Assembly: GCA_964522405.1 (NCBI GenBank)
Contig: CAZFTR010000005.1
Coordinates: 7,747 to 71,746 of the forward strand
Origin: an uncultured Gammaproteobacteria bacterium
GTDB lineage: Bacteria > Patescibacteriota > Patescibacteriia > Magasanikbacterales > UBA922
Reading direction: 5' to 3'
Length of the DNA: 64,000 nucleotides
Shown here in pieces: positions 35,902-45,429 of the stretch. How positions within the stretch are numbered: the first letter of the stretch is position 1; the number at the start of each line of letters is the position of its first letter. Below the pieces are notes generated by a model. That model was not told the DNA's origin and ran no database searches. It was given only the letters and a program-made list of their open reading frames with translations. Made by a program: the position numbers and the translations under genes.

Positions 35902-37254
35902 ATGAAAATAACATTTTACGGAGCAGCACATGAAGTAACAGGGTCATGTCATTTGGTAGAAACCAGTACCAAGAAAATTCTCTTTGATTGTGGAATGTTC
36001 CAAGGTTCAAATTTTAGTGAAGGACAGAATCACGAAGATTTTCCATTTGATCCCAGTGAGGTGGACATACTACTGGTTAGTCATGCGCATCTTGATCACA
36101 CCGGAAGAGTACCAAAATTGGTTAGAGATGGTTTCAATGGAAAAATATACATGACCAAAGCGACTTGTGAACTTGCCAGAATAATATGGGATGATGCCTA
36201 CAAAATCATGCAATACAACAAAAAGAAATTTGAACTGCCTATACTTTATGACACAACAGACATAGAAAGGTCAACAGAGCTTTGCCATGGTTTGGATTAT
36301 GAAGAAGAATTAGATCTCGGTGATGGTATAAAAGTAAAATTCAAAGATGCAGGACATATTTTTGGCGCAGCTTTTATAGAATTAACAGCAGATGGAAAAA
36401 CAATTGCCTATTCAGGAGATATAGGAAATGTAAATGTGCCCATCCTTCGGGAAACCACAGGATTGGGAGACATAGATGTTTTGCTATGTGAATCAACTTA
36501 TGGTGATAGGCTACATGAAACAGAAGAAGAAAGAAATAAAATTTTACTTGATCTTATAAAAGAAGGTTGTAAACGTGGCGGAACTATTATGATGCCGGCT
36601 TTTTCTATTGAAAGAACCCAAGAAATTTTATATAGGCTTGATGAGTTAAAAGAACATGACAAAACCTTGCCAGATATTCAGATATTTGTAGATAGTCCCA
36701 TGGCTATAAATGCCTTGCCGGTTTACAAGAAGTACACTGAATATTATGATGCTGAAGCAAAGGCAAAATTTGTAAAAGGAGATGATTTTTTCGATTTTGA
36801 AGGTCTTACTTTGACTCCAACTGTAAATGATTCTAAAAAAATAAATAATGTTAAGGGTGTAAAAATGGTTATGGCAGGAGCAGGAATGATGAATGGTGGA
36901 AGAATTCTTCACCATGCTTTGCGTTATTTGTCAGATCCCAAGTCAACTTTGATAATAGTTGGTTATCAGGCATATGGAACCTTGGGAAGAAGACTTTATG
37001 AAGGTGCCGAAAGAGTTACTGTGATGGGAAAACAAGTAGAAGTTAAATGCACTATCAAAGCTATTGGAGCACTTTCTGCTCATGGAGATCAGAAGAAATT
37101 AATGAATTGGATAAATGGTGCCAAAACCAAGCCAAAAAAAGTTTATTTTATTCACGGAGAGTCAAATTCAGCAACAGTAATAGCCCACAAAGTAAGAGAT
37201 GAGCTGGGAATTGATGCCTTTGTGCCTGAACTTGGGGAGAGTGCTGAGATATAA
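35902..37254 (+). CDS. MBL-fold beta-CASP ribonuclease (RNase J/CPSF-like)
   Basis: HxHxDH as VSHAHLDHTG; beta-CASP and RMMBL regions; 450 aa. Confidence 0.65.
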   Translation: MKITFYGAAHEVTGSCHLVETSTKKILFDCGMFQGSNFSEGQNHEDFPFDPSEVDILLVSHAHLDHTGRVPKLVRDGFNGKIYMTKATCELARIIWDDAYKIMQYNKKKFELPILYDTTDIERSTELCHGLDYEEELDLGDGIKVKFKDAGHIFGAAFIELTADGKTIAYSGDIGNVNVPILRETTGLGDIDVLLCESTYGDRLHETEEERNKILLDLIKEGCKRGGTIMMPAFSIERTQEILYRLDELKEHDKTLPDIQIFVDSPMAINALPVYKKYTEYYDAEAKAKFVKGDDFFDFEGLTLTPTVNDSKKINNVKGVKMVMAGAGMMNGGRILHHALRYLSDPKSTLIIVGYQAYGTLGRRLYEGAERVTVMGKQVEVKCTIKAIGALSAHGDQKKLMNWINGAKTKPKKVYFIHGESNSATVIAHKVRDELGIDAFVPELGESAEI

Positions 37255-37289
37255 AAAACAAAAAACCGCTTTTTGCGGATCGTATAATT

Positions 37290-37880
37290 TGGGGTAGGGT
37301 ACGGCCAGCGCGCTACCCGAGTCCGTTGCCTCTCTCTAGGCTCCGGTTTGGACTCGGGCAGCGCGCGGCCGCTAGTTGAAGCTCCAGAAGGAGCGGTGGG
37401 ATGCGCTATGGCACCGTGTTTACTTCGTGACAGTTCTTCGCACAAAGTCGACACAGGTTGCCGCAGACGCGACACTGGGTGGGGATCGTCGCGACCCCCT
37501 CTGGATCTCCAGGCCATTCGATTCGGCCTGGGAGCAGCGCGCTTAACCGGACTTCTCCCGGAATGATGGGCGCGACTGCTGTCTCATCACAGTCTTAAAG
37601 AGCAACACGAACCGTTGGCTTTGCAAGAGTCCTCAGTTCTTGCAATAACCTCACCTGGGCTAATCAGCCCGCACTTCCACCGCCTCGCGGTGGTTCTGGC
37701 AACCCACTTTGGGGTAGGCAACGCATGACGTCCACCGGGATTGCTGATCGTATTCGTTCACGACCTGCGGGTCAAAATTCCGGGTGGCGACCGTTGCTTC
37801 GAGGTTTTGAATATAGCATAAAAAAAGCCTTTTGTCAACCCTGTCGCTCGCGAACGACAGGGTCAAGGCCCTAAGATTGA
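37290..37880. other. about 600-bp GC-rich, highly structured, ORF-poor island (candidate structured ncRNA or foreign DNA)
   Basis: Starts ggggtagggtacggcc; 20-bp imperfect hairpin ggccagcgcgctacccgagtcc / ggactcgggcagcgcgcggcc; gctcc-agaa-ggagc; ccctgtcg-ctcgcgaa-cgacaggg; minus-strand terminator-like ccgcaaaaagcggtttttgttttt at 37262-37285. Confidence 0.35.
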
Positions 37881-37941
37881 AATATAGAAAAATGAGAAAT
37901 ATCAAAATTTAGCTAAACTAAGCAAATTTTTGAAAATAAAA

Positions 37942-37972
37942 ATCCAGCTCTTGTTAAAAGCTGGATTTTGGT
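37942..37972. terminator. hairpin with flanking A and T runs (bidirectional terminator-like)
   Basis: aaaatccagct-cttgttaaa-agctggatttt. Confidence 0.5.
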
Positions 37973-37974
37973 TT

Positions 37975-38110
37975 TAAGTGAAGTGTGCACGCCGGGATCA
38001 TGGATCCCGGCGTGCCCCCAGAGGCGGGGGTCTGGACAAGTGCCCGACCCACCAGTGCGGAGCAAGGGAGTTTGACCCAAAACGCATCTAAACTTTCACC
38101 GCAAATCGCG
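37975..38110. other. second short GC-rich structured segment upstream of uvrB
   Basis: 13-bp perfect hairpin gcacgccgggatc-atg-gatcccggcgtgc; ccccc-agagg-cggggg. Confidence 0.3.
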
Positions 38111-38222
38111 GTTCCAGAGTAGAAGAAGAGGATCCTAAATAATATATCATTTTTTTGCTGTATTTACAATATTTTGCTAGTATTAAGTGGTGATATAAGT
38201 TTTTCTAAATTAGCAAAAATTT

Positions 38223-40286
38223 CTGAAATTTAAACTTAAGTCAAAATACAAACCAGCAGGAGATCAGCCTCAGGCAATTGAATCTCTGGTTTTGGGTATG
38301 CAAAAATCAGCAGAGAGACAAACCTTGCTTGGAGTCACTGGTTCTGGAAAAACTTTTACTGTTGCAAATGTGATTGAGAAGGTTCAAATGCCAACTTTGG
38401 TAATTGCTCATAATAAAACTCTGGCAGCCCAGCTTTGTAATGAATTTCGTGAATTTTTTCCAGGTAACGCAGTTGAATATTTTGTAAGTTATTATGATTA
38501 CTATCAGCCAGAGGCATATATGTCTGGCAGTGATACCTATATAGAAAAAGAAGCTCAGGTAAACGATGAAATAGATAGACTTCGTCATGCTTGCACCCAA
38601 GCGCTTATGACTCGAGATGATGTGATCATAGTAGCTTCAGTTTCAGCAATTTATGGTCTTGGTTCACCAAAAGAATATGAAAAAATTGTTTTGCATCTTG
38701 AAGTTGGACAGAAAATTGAGAGAAGAGAGATGATGAAACACCTTATTGAAATGCAATTCAACAGAACAAGCACAGATTTGAAACGAGGGATGTTTAGAAT
38801 GCGTGGTCAGGTTTTTGAAATCATGCCGGTAAATGAAGATAGAGTTTATCGGTTTGAGATAAGCGATACTATTGAATCAATAGAGGTTTTAGATCCGATC
38901 ACCAGAAAATCAACTTCAAAAAGACAAATTAGAGATGCTTGGATTTTTCCTGCTAAGCATTATGTGATTGGAGAAGAGTCAAAAGGGGTTGCCATACAGA
39001 GCATAAAAAAAGAACTAGAAGAGCAATTGAACTTTTTTAAGAAAAAAGGAAAAGTTTTGGAATATGAAAGACTTAAACAGAGAGTTAGATATGATTTGGA
39101 GATGATTGAAAATATTGGATATTGCAATGGAATTGAAAATTATTCAGCTCATTTTGAAGCTAGGAAATCCGGAGAGCCTCCATTTACACTTCTTGATTAT
39201 TTCAAAGAAACTTCGAAAAGGGTTGGTGGTTTTCTAACTGTTATAGATGAGTCTCATGTAACAACTTCTCAAATTCGTGGCATGTACAATGGAGACAGGG
39301 CTCGCAAAAATTCACTTGTAGAACATGGTTTTAGGCTTCCCAGCGCGAGAGATAATAGACCTCTTAAATTTGAAGAATTTGATGATCGAGTAGAATCTCT
39401 TGTCTATGTTTCTGCAACTCCGGCTGACTATGAATTGCAAGACAGCTCTCAAGTAGTTGAGCAGATTGTCCGACCTACCGGTTTGGTTGACCCTGAGGTG
39501 ATAATCTCACAAATTACACCGACAAAGGATAATCCCAAGAGTCAAGTCGATGATGTGATAGAGAGGATAGGACAAGTTATAAAAAAAGGTGAGCGCGCTC
39601 TTGTAACTACTCTGACCAAGAGGATGGCAGAAGATCTGAGTGAATATCTTGAAAAGCAAGATATAAAAGTTAAATACCTGCATAGTGATATTAAAACTTT
39701 GGAGAGAATTGAAGTGATAATGGCTCTGCGAAAAGGAGAGATAGATGTTATAGTGGGGGTAAATCTTCTTCGTGAGGGTCTGGATATTCCGGAAGTTTCT
39801 TTTGTTGCCATTCTTGACGCAGATAAAGAAGGATTTCTACGAAGTGAAACAAGCTTAGTGCAGACCATTGGTCGCGCAGCCAGAAATGTAAATGGGCAAG
39901 TTGTTCTCTATGCAGACCAAATAACAGGTTCAATTGAGCGAGCAATCAAGGAAACAGACAGGAGAAGAAAAATTCAAATTGAATACAATGAAAAACATGG
40001 TATAACTCCAAAAACAATTGAGAAAAATATTCGAAATATTCTCGAAGAGTTTGGAATAAGTGGAAGCAAAGTTGATAAGCAGGTAAGAGGAAGGAAAAAA
40101 ACAAAGTCACTTAGAGAAATTCTTGAACTTGATACTATTGGAGATGATAGACCGGTAAGTGATATTTTAAAAGATAAAGAACAGAAAATGAAAAAAGCAG
40201 CAAAAGACTTGGAATTTGAATTTGCAGCAGTACTTCGGGATGAAATTCGTCAATTAAAAAAATCCCAAAAAGGGATTAAGAAATAA
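38223..40286 (+). CDS. uvrB: excinuclease ABC subunit B (start codon uncertain)
   Basis: Frame open from 38214 encodes the conserved UvrB N-terminus FKLKSKYKPAGDQPQAIESLV upstream of the ORF-track start. No in-frame ATG/GTG/TTG there; CTG at 38223 proposed. Body contains GVTGSGKT, DESH and the helicase C-terminus. Confidence 0.8.
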   Translation: MKFKLKSKYKPAGDQPQAIESLVLGMQKSAERQTLLGVTGSGKTFTVANVIEKVQMPTLVIAHNKTLAAQLCNEFREFFPGNAVEYFVSYYDYYQPEAYMSGSDTYIEKEAQVNDEIDRLRHACTQALMTRDDVIIVASVSAIYGLGSPKEYEKIVLHLEVGQKIERREMMKHLIEMQFNRTSTDLKRGMFRMRGQVFEIMPVNEDRVYRFEISDTIESIEVLDPITRKSTSKRQIRDAWIFPAKHYVIGEESKGVAIQSIKKELEEQLNFFKKKGKVLEYERLKQRVRYDLEMIENIGYCNGIENYSAHFEARKSGEPPFTLLDYFKETSKRVGGFLTVIDESHVTTSQIRGMYNGDRARKNSLVEHGFRLPSARDNRPLKFEEFDDRVESLVYVSATPADYELQDSSQVVEQIVRPTGLVDPEVIISQITPTKDNPKSQVDDVIERIGQVIKKGERALVTTLTKRMAEDLSEYLEKQDIKVKYLHSDIKTLERIEVIMALRKGEIDVIVGVNLLREGLDIPEVSFVAILDADKEGFLRSETSLVQTIGRAARNVNGQVVLYADQITGSIERAIKETDRRRKIQIEYNEKHGITPKTIEKNIRNILEEFGISGSKVDKQVRGRKKTKSLREILELDTIGDDRPVSDILKDKEQKMKKAAKDLEFEFAAVLRDEIRQLKKSQKGIKK

Positions 40287-40348
40287 ATTGATGGTGCCGA
40301 CGGCCCGCGTTCGAAAACGCGGACCGACGACGGGGGTTGTGGGGATGC

Positions 40349-40471
40349 TCAGACGAGCAGGGTCAGGGGCCAGAGGCTCCAGAGCGTGCTCACGAACGTG
40401 ATCTGGTTCTGGGTCCTTGCGGACGGCTCGGGCAGGGGGATCTGGGGCATGTGCCCCTTCTCGAACGTCAT
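40349..40471 (-). CDS. GC-rich small ORF (40 aa, hydrophobic W-rich C-terminus) with strong SD
   Basis: ggaaggagagagtcgag-ATG; MTFEKGHMPQIPLPEPSARTQNQITFVSTLWSLWPLTLLV; GC-rich third positions; followed by ccgcgtt-cgaa-aacgcgg hairpin. Confidence 0.3.
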   Translation of the reverse strand: MTFEKGHMPQIPLPEPSARTQNQITFVSTLWSLWPLTLLV

Positions 40472-40626
40472 CTCGACTCTCTCCTTCCGCGGTTGATTCC
40501 ACGAAATTCTAAATCGACTGATCAATTCAGTATTTCATGGAATCAAACTTTGAAGATTTGGAGTATTAAACCCACAACCGAATTATTCTACACTATGCAG
40601 TCAGTTTTGTCAAGATAAAACAAAAT

Positions 40627-41226
40627 ATGAAGAATTTTTGGCTGAAATATAGGAAATTTTTATATATTTGCGCTGTTTTAACTGCTGTTTTTGTGTTGTT
40701 TTGTAATTACTCAATACTAAAATTTAACAATCAGATTTACTCAGATACTTTAGAGTTGCCAACTAGCTCAATAGCAGTGGTCTTTGGTGGTGGCATGACC
40801 CCAGAGGGTGAACAGTCAGATATGCAATTTGATCGAGTCAAAACCGGGATAGATTTATATAGGAGTGGAATTGTGGATAAGATTTTATTTACAGGAGATG
40901 ATGGCCAGTTCAGATTTGATGAAATTACTGCCATGAAAAATATGGCTCTTGATCTGGGTGTAAAAGATTCTGATATTTTGATTGATCCACATGCATATAG
41001 GACATACTTGAGTTGTAAACATGCAGCAGAAATAAGCGAAATAAAAAAAGCTATTGTGGTTTCACAAAATTTCCACCTTCCTAGAATTAGATATATTTGT
41101 GAGAATTTTGGAATTAAAACTATTGGTTTTTCTGCAGATGCACGAGAATACCATTCTCTTTGGAGGCCTTATCTTCGTGAATCTTTGGCTCGAGTCAAGG
41201 CTTGGCTGGAGGTTAATTTGAAATAA
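40627..41226 (+). CDS. DUF218 (SanA/YdcF/ElyC family) membrane-anchored protein
   Basis: N-terminal TM helix; DUF218 core AVVFGGGMTPEG...ILFTGDDGQFRFDEITAM. Confidence 0.55.
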   Translation: MKNFWLKYRKFLYICAVLTAVFVLFCNYSILKFNNQIYSDTLELPTSSIAVVFGGGMTPEGEQSDMQFDRVKTGIDLYRSGIVDKILFTGDDGQFRFDEITAMKNMALDLGVKDSDILIDPHAYRTYLSCKHAAEISEIKKAIVVSQNFHLPRIRYICENFGIKTIGFSADAREYHSLWRPYLRESLARVKAWLEVNLK

Positions 41227-41370
41227 AAAATACCTTAACAATAAAATTGACACATATTTATATTTTTGCCATAGTTATCAATGCTGTATCTGTGAGGGCT
41301 GCGTTGTGGCCCTGCAAACGCGAATACTTGTCCCGCGGTGGGGCTTGTGGATACCCTTGGGGGGTATATT

Positions 41371-41634
41371 ATGACAGCTCAAGAGATGAGAGACTTCGCT
41401 GCTTCGCGCGGCATTTACTTCACCAAGCCTGGTGAGAGTGCTGCCCCGCTCGAGGAGCAAAGAGAGCTCGAGGTTCGCTGGCTCGAAGACACGGACGCCG
41501 ATCCGATCGGTACGGTGGCGGCGGGTTCCTCGATGTTCATGTTCGACGAGCTGGTCTGGAAGGTCGACCAGCTTCTCGGTCAGCTGCAGGCTGGCAAGTC
41601 GGTCGGACAGCCTCGGGTCATGCGCGCGGGCTGA
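41371..41634 (+). CDS. GC-rich small acidic protein (87 aa) of unknown function
   Basis: gggggg tatatt ATG; MTAQEMRDFAASRGIYFTKPGESAAPLEEQRELEVRWLEDTDADPIGTV...; much higher GC than neighbours. Confidence 0.35.
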   Translation: MTAQEMRDFAASRGIYFTKPGESAAPLEEQRELEVRWLEDTDADPIGTVAAGSSMFMFDELVWKVDQLLGQLQAGKSVGQPRVMRAG

Positions 41635-41730
41635 TTCGCGGTTCGCATCGCAGAGCAGGTGGGGGTTCGGCATTGTCGGACCCCATCGCTTCCTTTGTTT
41701 ATTTCTAGTATATAGAGGAGGCGAAATTAA

Positions 41731-41758
41731 AAAACTACCAATTACGGTAGTTTTTTAA
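41731..41758. terminator. bidirectional intrinsic terminator
   Basis: aaaaaactacc-aatta-cggtagtttttt. Confidence 0.7.
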
Positions 41759-41779
41759 TTATCTGAGAACACTCAGCTC

Positions 41780-42232
41780 TTATTTTACTTCAACTTTGTG
41801 AATATCACTGTAAACTTCACATTCATTTGCTTTTACAATACAGGCTCTAAGATGTCTTTCTCCGCTTGGAAGATCTGTCCAAGTTTTAGAAGTGTGAGCA
41901 GTTCCAAGTTCATACCAATATCCCTTGGTTGGCCATTCAGCTTTTTCATCAGAACTTAGAATAAGTCTAAATGCTTCTGCTGATTCTTTTAGTTTTTCTT
42001 CTACTGATAGTTCAATTTCAAGTGTTCCTGTCTCTGTTGCTTCTGCTTTTGTGATGGTGATTCCAGTTGTCTCTGATTTTGTTTTGGTTTCTTCACTTAC
42101 CATTTCTTTTTCAGCGTCTTTCTGCGGTTGTTCTGCGTCTTTTATATCTGTTTGACCAGGTGCAGCACATCCTCCACCAACTAGAATTAGTAAAGCAAAT
42201 AATCCACCAATAAGTTTGATTTTTGATTGCAT
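41780..42232 (-). CDS. hypothetical lipoprotein
   Basis: MQSKIKLIGGLFALLILVGGGCA lipobox; acidic repeats. Confidence 0.5.
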   Translation of the reverse strand: MQSKIKLIGGLFALLILVGGGCAAPGQTDIKDAEQPQKDAEKEMVSEETKTKSETTGITITKAEATETGTLEIELSVEEKLKESAEAFRLILSSDEKAEWPTKGYWYELGTAHTSKTWTDLPSGERHLRACIVKANECEVYSDIHKVEVK

Positions 42233-42278
42233 ATTTAAATATAAATAATTACTCGAATATTATACAGCTTTTGCAACT

Positions 42279-42719
42279 TTAGGTCAATAAATTTCCCTTG
42301 AACTGGTCAAGATTGCTTGAATTATTAATTTTATTTACTATTGTTTTTAGAAATTGCACACTGTCATTTCCTGCATTTATTTTTGCTAAATGAAGTTCTG
42401 AAATTTTCTCAATTACTTGAAGTTTAAAATCTGCTATTTGATTTATACCATCATATTCAGCAAAAAGCCACTTCCTTAATCTGGCAAAAGTTTTTAAATT
42501 CTGATCATTAATTTTTATTTCTAAATATTGATTTTCATCATCTGACTGATATTCAAGATTGTAAACATTGAATCCAATCATTCCTTGATCTGTAACAGTT
42601 TCAAGAAGAGTGTAGTACCAAAGATGAAAAAGGCCTTCTGAAAGTTCAGTACCTGATTTTGAAATAGATCTTGAGTGATCAAAGTTGTCTTGAGTCCAGA
42701 GATTCCATTTTGTATGCAT
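42279..42719 (-). CDS. hypothetical protein
   Basis: 146 aa ORF; no motif. Confidence 0.35.
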   Translation of the reverse strand: MHTKWNLWTQDNFDHSRSISKSGTELSEGLFHLWYYTLLETVTDQGMIGFNVYNLEYQSDDENQYLEIKINDQNLKTFARLRKWLFAEYDGINQIADFKLQVIEKISELHLAKINAGNDSVQFLKTIVNKINNSSNLDQFKGNLLT

Positions 42720-42862
42720 ATATTTTGTTTTAGAATATTGCTAGTTTAGCAGAAAACATGACACTTATCCATAATTGACATAGTATCATCTTTGAGTATA
42801 ATAGAACTTGCTCTTTTCTACTAATTCATATGCAACCCCACAAAAGGGGCTTTTTGTAGTTT

Positions 42863-45427
42863 ATGAAGAATAAAATTTCTATAAAAGGTGCTCGAGAACA
42901 TAATCTCAAGAATATAGATCTGGAGCTTCCCAGAAACAAAATGATAGTTTTTACAGGTTTGTCAGGTTCAGGAAAGTCAAGCCTGGCTTTTGATACCATT
43001 TTTGCAGAAGGACAGCGAAGATATGTAGAGAGTTTATCAGCATATGCTCGTCAGTTTTTGGGAAATATGCAAAAACCGGATGTAGATGAAATAGATGGAC
43101 TTTCGCCTGGAATTTCAATTGATCAAAAAGCCCATAGTGCTAACCCTAGATCAACTGTAGCAACAATTACAGAGATTTATGATTATCTGCGTGTTTTATT
43201 TGCGCGAATAGGAAAACCGTATTGTCCAATTTGTAAAACAAAAATACAAAAAATGACTACAGATGAAATGATTGGGCAGATTATTGATACTACCAAGAAA
43301 AAAATTCAAAAAGCTAAAAATCAGGAATTAGTTATTTTATCTCCGGTTGTTCGAGGAAGAAAAGGGGAGTATTATCAGATGCTTTATGATATGTATAATT
43401 CCGGATTTTTGGAAGTTAGGGTTGATGGAAAGATCAAGAATTTGAAAAACAGAATAGTTTTGAGTAAAAATAAAAAACATACAATTGAGATAGTGGTAGA
43501 TAGAATGCCGGCTGATTCAGATAAACAAAGAATTGCAGAGGCAGTGGAGACAGCGGTTGATCTTTCAAATGGACTTTGTAGTGTTATTTATGCAAACAAG
43601 GAAGAACAAATTTACAGTACTCAGTATTCATGTCCTGAAGATGGATTTAGTTTTCCGGAAATTGAACCACGTTTGTTTAGTTTTAATAGTCCATATGGAT
43701 ATTGTAAATCATGTGTGGGTCTTGGAACAATTGAAATTTTCGGTGAGGAATTATGTAAAATTTGCAAAGGAAAAAGACTAAATGAAAATGCCTTAAGCGT
43801 TCGTATTGCAAATCAAAATATTTGGGAAATTACCTCAATGTCAATTCATGATGCTCGAGATTTTTTTGAAACACTACTCCAAACAGCAAAGTTGAGTGAA
43901 AAAGAATTGGAAATTGCCGGCCCGGCACTTCGTGAAATTCAAAATCGCCTTCAATTTATGTTTGATGTTGGTTTGCATTATCTAAGTATGAGTAGAAAAG
44001 CAGGAACATTGTCAGGTGGAGAAGCACAGAGAATTCGTCTTGCTTCTCAGGTTGGGCAGAGATTGGTTGGAGCTATGTACGTGCTTGATGAGCCTACAAT
44101 TGGTCTTCATCAAAAAGATAATGATCAGCTTGTCTCAACTCTTAGAAACCTATGTGATATTGGGAATACTATAATTGTAGTAGAGCATGATGAAGATACA
44201 ATTTTAACCAGTGATTGGATAGTAGATATTGGTCCTGGGGCAGGTGAGCATGGTGGAGATATAGTTTTTTCCGGGCCACTTGAAAAAATGCTTAGTTCAA
44301 AAAAATCTTCTATAAAAACTGAATATGACTGTACTGTAAAGGGCGATAATAGGAAATCTTTAACAGGTCAATATTTGAGAGGAGAACAGAAAATAAAAAT
44401 TCCAGAAAAAAGAAAAAATGTAGACAAGTACACTCCAAAAATTAAAATAAAAGGCGCGACTGAACATAATCTCAAAAAAGTAAATGTTGAAATCCCACTT
44501 AGACGCTTTGTTTGTCTTACAGGAGTTTCCGGTTCAGGAAAATCAACTCTTATGAATGATATTCTCTATCGTGCGGTTGCAAACAGACTTCATCATGTTG
44601 AAAAGAGAATTGGAGAGCACAAAAGCATAACCGGAACTGAATATATAGATAAAATAATTAGAATTGATCAAAAACCAATTGGTAGAACTCCCAGATCAAA
44701 TCCAGCAACTTATACAAAAGCTTTTGATCATATTCGAGATTTATTTGCATCAGTTCCAGAAGCTAGAATTCGTGGGTATAAAAAAGGACGTTTTAGTTTT
44801 AATCGTCCGGGAGGAAGATGTGAAAATTGTGAAGGTCGAGGTTCGCTTGAGATTGAAATGCATTTTTTACCGAGTGTCAATATTATTTGTGAAATTTGCA
44901 AAGGAAAGAGATTTAATCAGGAAACTCTGCAAGTTCATTTCAAGGGAAAAAGTATTTCAGATATTTTGGAAATGACAATTGAGCAAGCAGAGGAGTTTTT
45001 CCAAGATATCCCGGTTATTTTTGATAAACTAAAAGTATTAAACCAGGTTGGCTTAGATTATTTAACTTTGGGTCAATCAGCTACAACTCTCTCAGGTGGG
45101 GAAGCACAAAGAATAAAATTATCAAAAGAACTTGCCAAGAAAAATACCACTAAGACTTTGTATTTACTTGATGAGCCAACAACAGGTCTCCATTATGATG
45201 ATGTGCGAAAATTAATTGATGTTTTGCAAAGATTGGTTTCTCAGGGAAATACAGTTATGGTTATTGAGCATAATCTTGACGTAATCAAATCAGCTGACTG
45301 GATAATTGATCTTGGACCAGAAGGTGGTGATAAAGGTGGAGAAGTTGTAAAAGTTGGTACTCCAGAAGAGGTGGCTAGATATGAAAAAAGTTATACTGGA
45401 AAATATCTAAGGAGAATTCTTAAGTAA
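42863..45427 (+). CDS. uvrA: excinuclease ABC subunit A
   Basis: Two ABC modules (GLSGSGKSSLAF, GVSGSGKSTL), LSGGEAQR x2, zinc-finger CxxC pairs. Confidence 0.9.
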   Translation: MKNKISIKGAREHNLKNIDLELPRNKMIVFTGLSGSGKSSLAFDTIFAEGQRRYVESLSAYARQFLGNMQKPDVDEIDGLSPGISIDQKAHSANPRSTVATITEIYDYLRVLFARIGKPYCPICKTKIQKMTTDEMIGQIIDTTKKKIQKAKNQELVILSPVVRGRKGEYYQMLYDMYNSGFLEVRVDGKIKNLKNRIVLSKNKKHTIEIVVDRMPADSDKQRIAEAVETAVDLSNGLCSVIYANKEEQIYSTQYSCPEDGFSFPEIEPRLFSFNSPYGYCKSCVGLGTIEIFGEELCKICKGKRLNENALSVRIANQNIWEITSMSIHDARDFFETLLQTAKLSEKELEIAGPALREIQNRLQFMFDVGLHYLSMSRKAGTLSGGEAQRIRLASQVGQRLVGAMYVLDEPTIGLHQKDNDQLVSTLRNLCDIGNTIIVVEHDEDTILTSDWIVDIGPGAGEHGGDIVFSGPLEKMLSSKKSSIKTEYDCTVKGDNRKSLTGQYLRGEQKIKIPEKRKNVDKYTPKIKIKGATEHNLKKVNVEIPLRRFVCLTGVSGSGKSTLMNDILYRAVANRLHHVEKRIGEHKSITGTEYIDKIIRIDQKPIGRTPRSNPATYTKAFDHIRDLFASVPEARIRGYKKGRFSFNRPGGRCENCEGRGSLEIEMHFLPSVNIICEICKGKRFNQETLQVHFKGKSISDILEMTIEQAEEFFQDIPVIFDKLKVLNQVGLDYLTLGQSATTLSGGEAQRIKLSKELAKKNTTKTLYLLDEPTTGLHYDDVRKLIDVLQRLVSQGNTVMVIEHNLDVIKSADWIIDLGPEGGDKGGEVVKVGTPEEVARYEKSYTGKYLRRILK

Positions 45428-45429
45428 TT

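Noticed and set aside
37152-37566. ORFs 37152-37517 (-) and 37348-37566 (+) inside the GC-rich island
   Set aside because: Low-complexity Arg/Pro/Ser-rich translations that overlap the end of the upstream gene. They are more consistent with structured non-coding GC-rich DNA.
37290-37880. GC island as RNase P RNA, tmRNA or rRNA fragment
   Set aside because: I could not find the P4 strands (GGAAAGTCCGG / ACAGAACCCGGCTTA), a tmRNA tag ORF with a tRNA-like CCA end, or 5S/16S/23S conserved blocks. This is left as unassigned rather than called.
40440-40480. LexA/Cheo-box-like CGAACGTCATCTCGA near uvrB
   Set aside because: Not palindromic (no GAAC-N4-GTTC), and there is no comparable site upstream of uvrA or recJ.
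40254-40618. ORF-track ORFs 40254-40502 (-) and 40337-40618 (+)
   Set aside because: The 82-aa minus ORF overlaps the uvrB 3' end and only its last about 40 codons have a start context (kept as the 40-aa ORF). The plus ORF is antisense noise.
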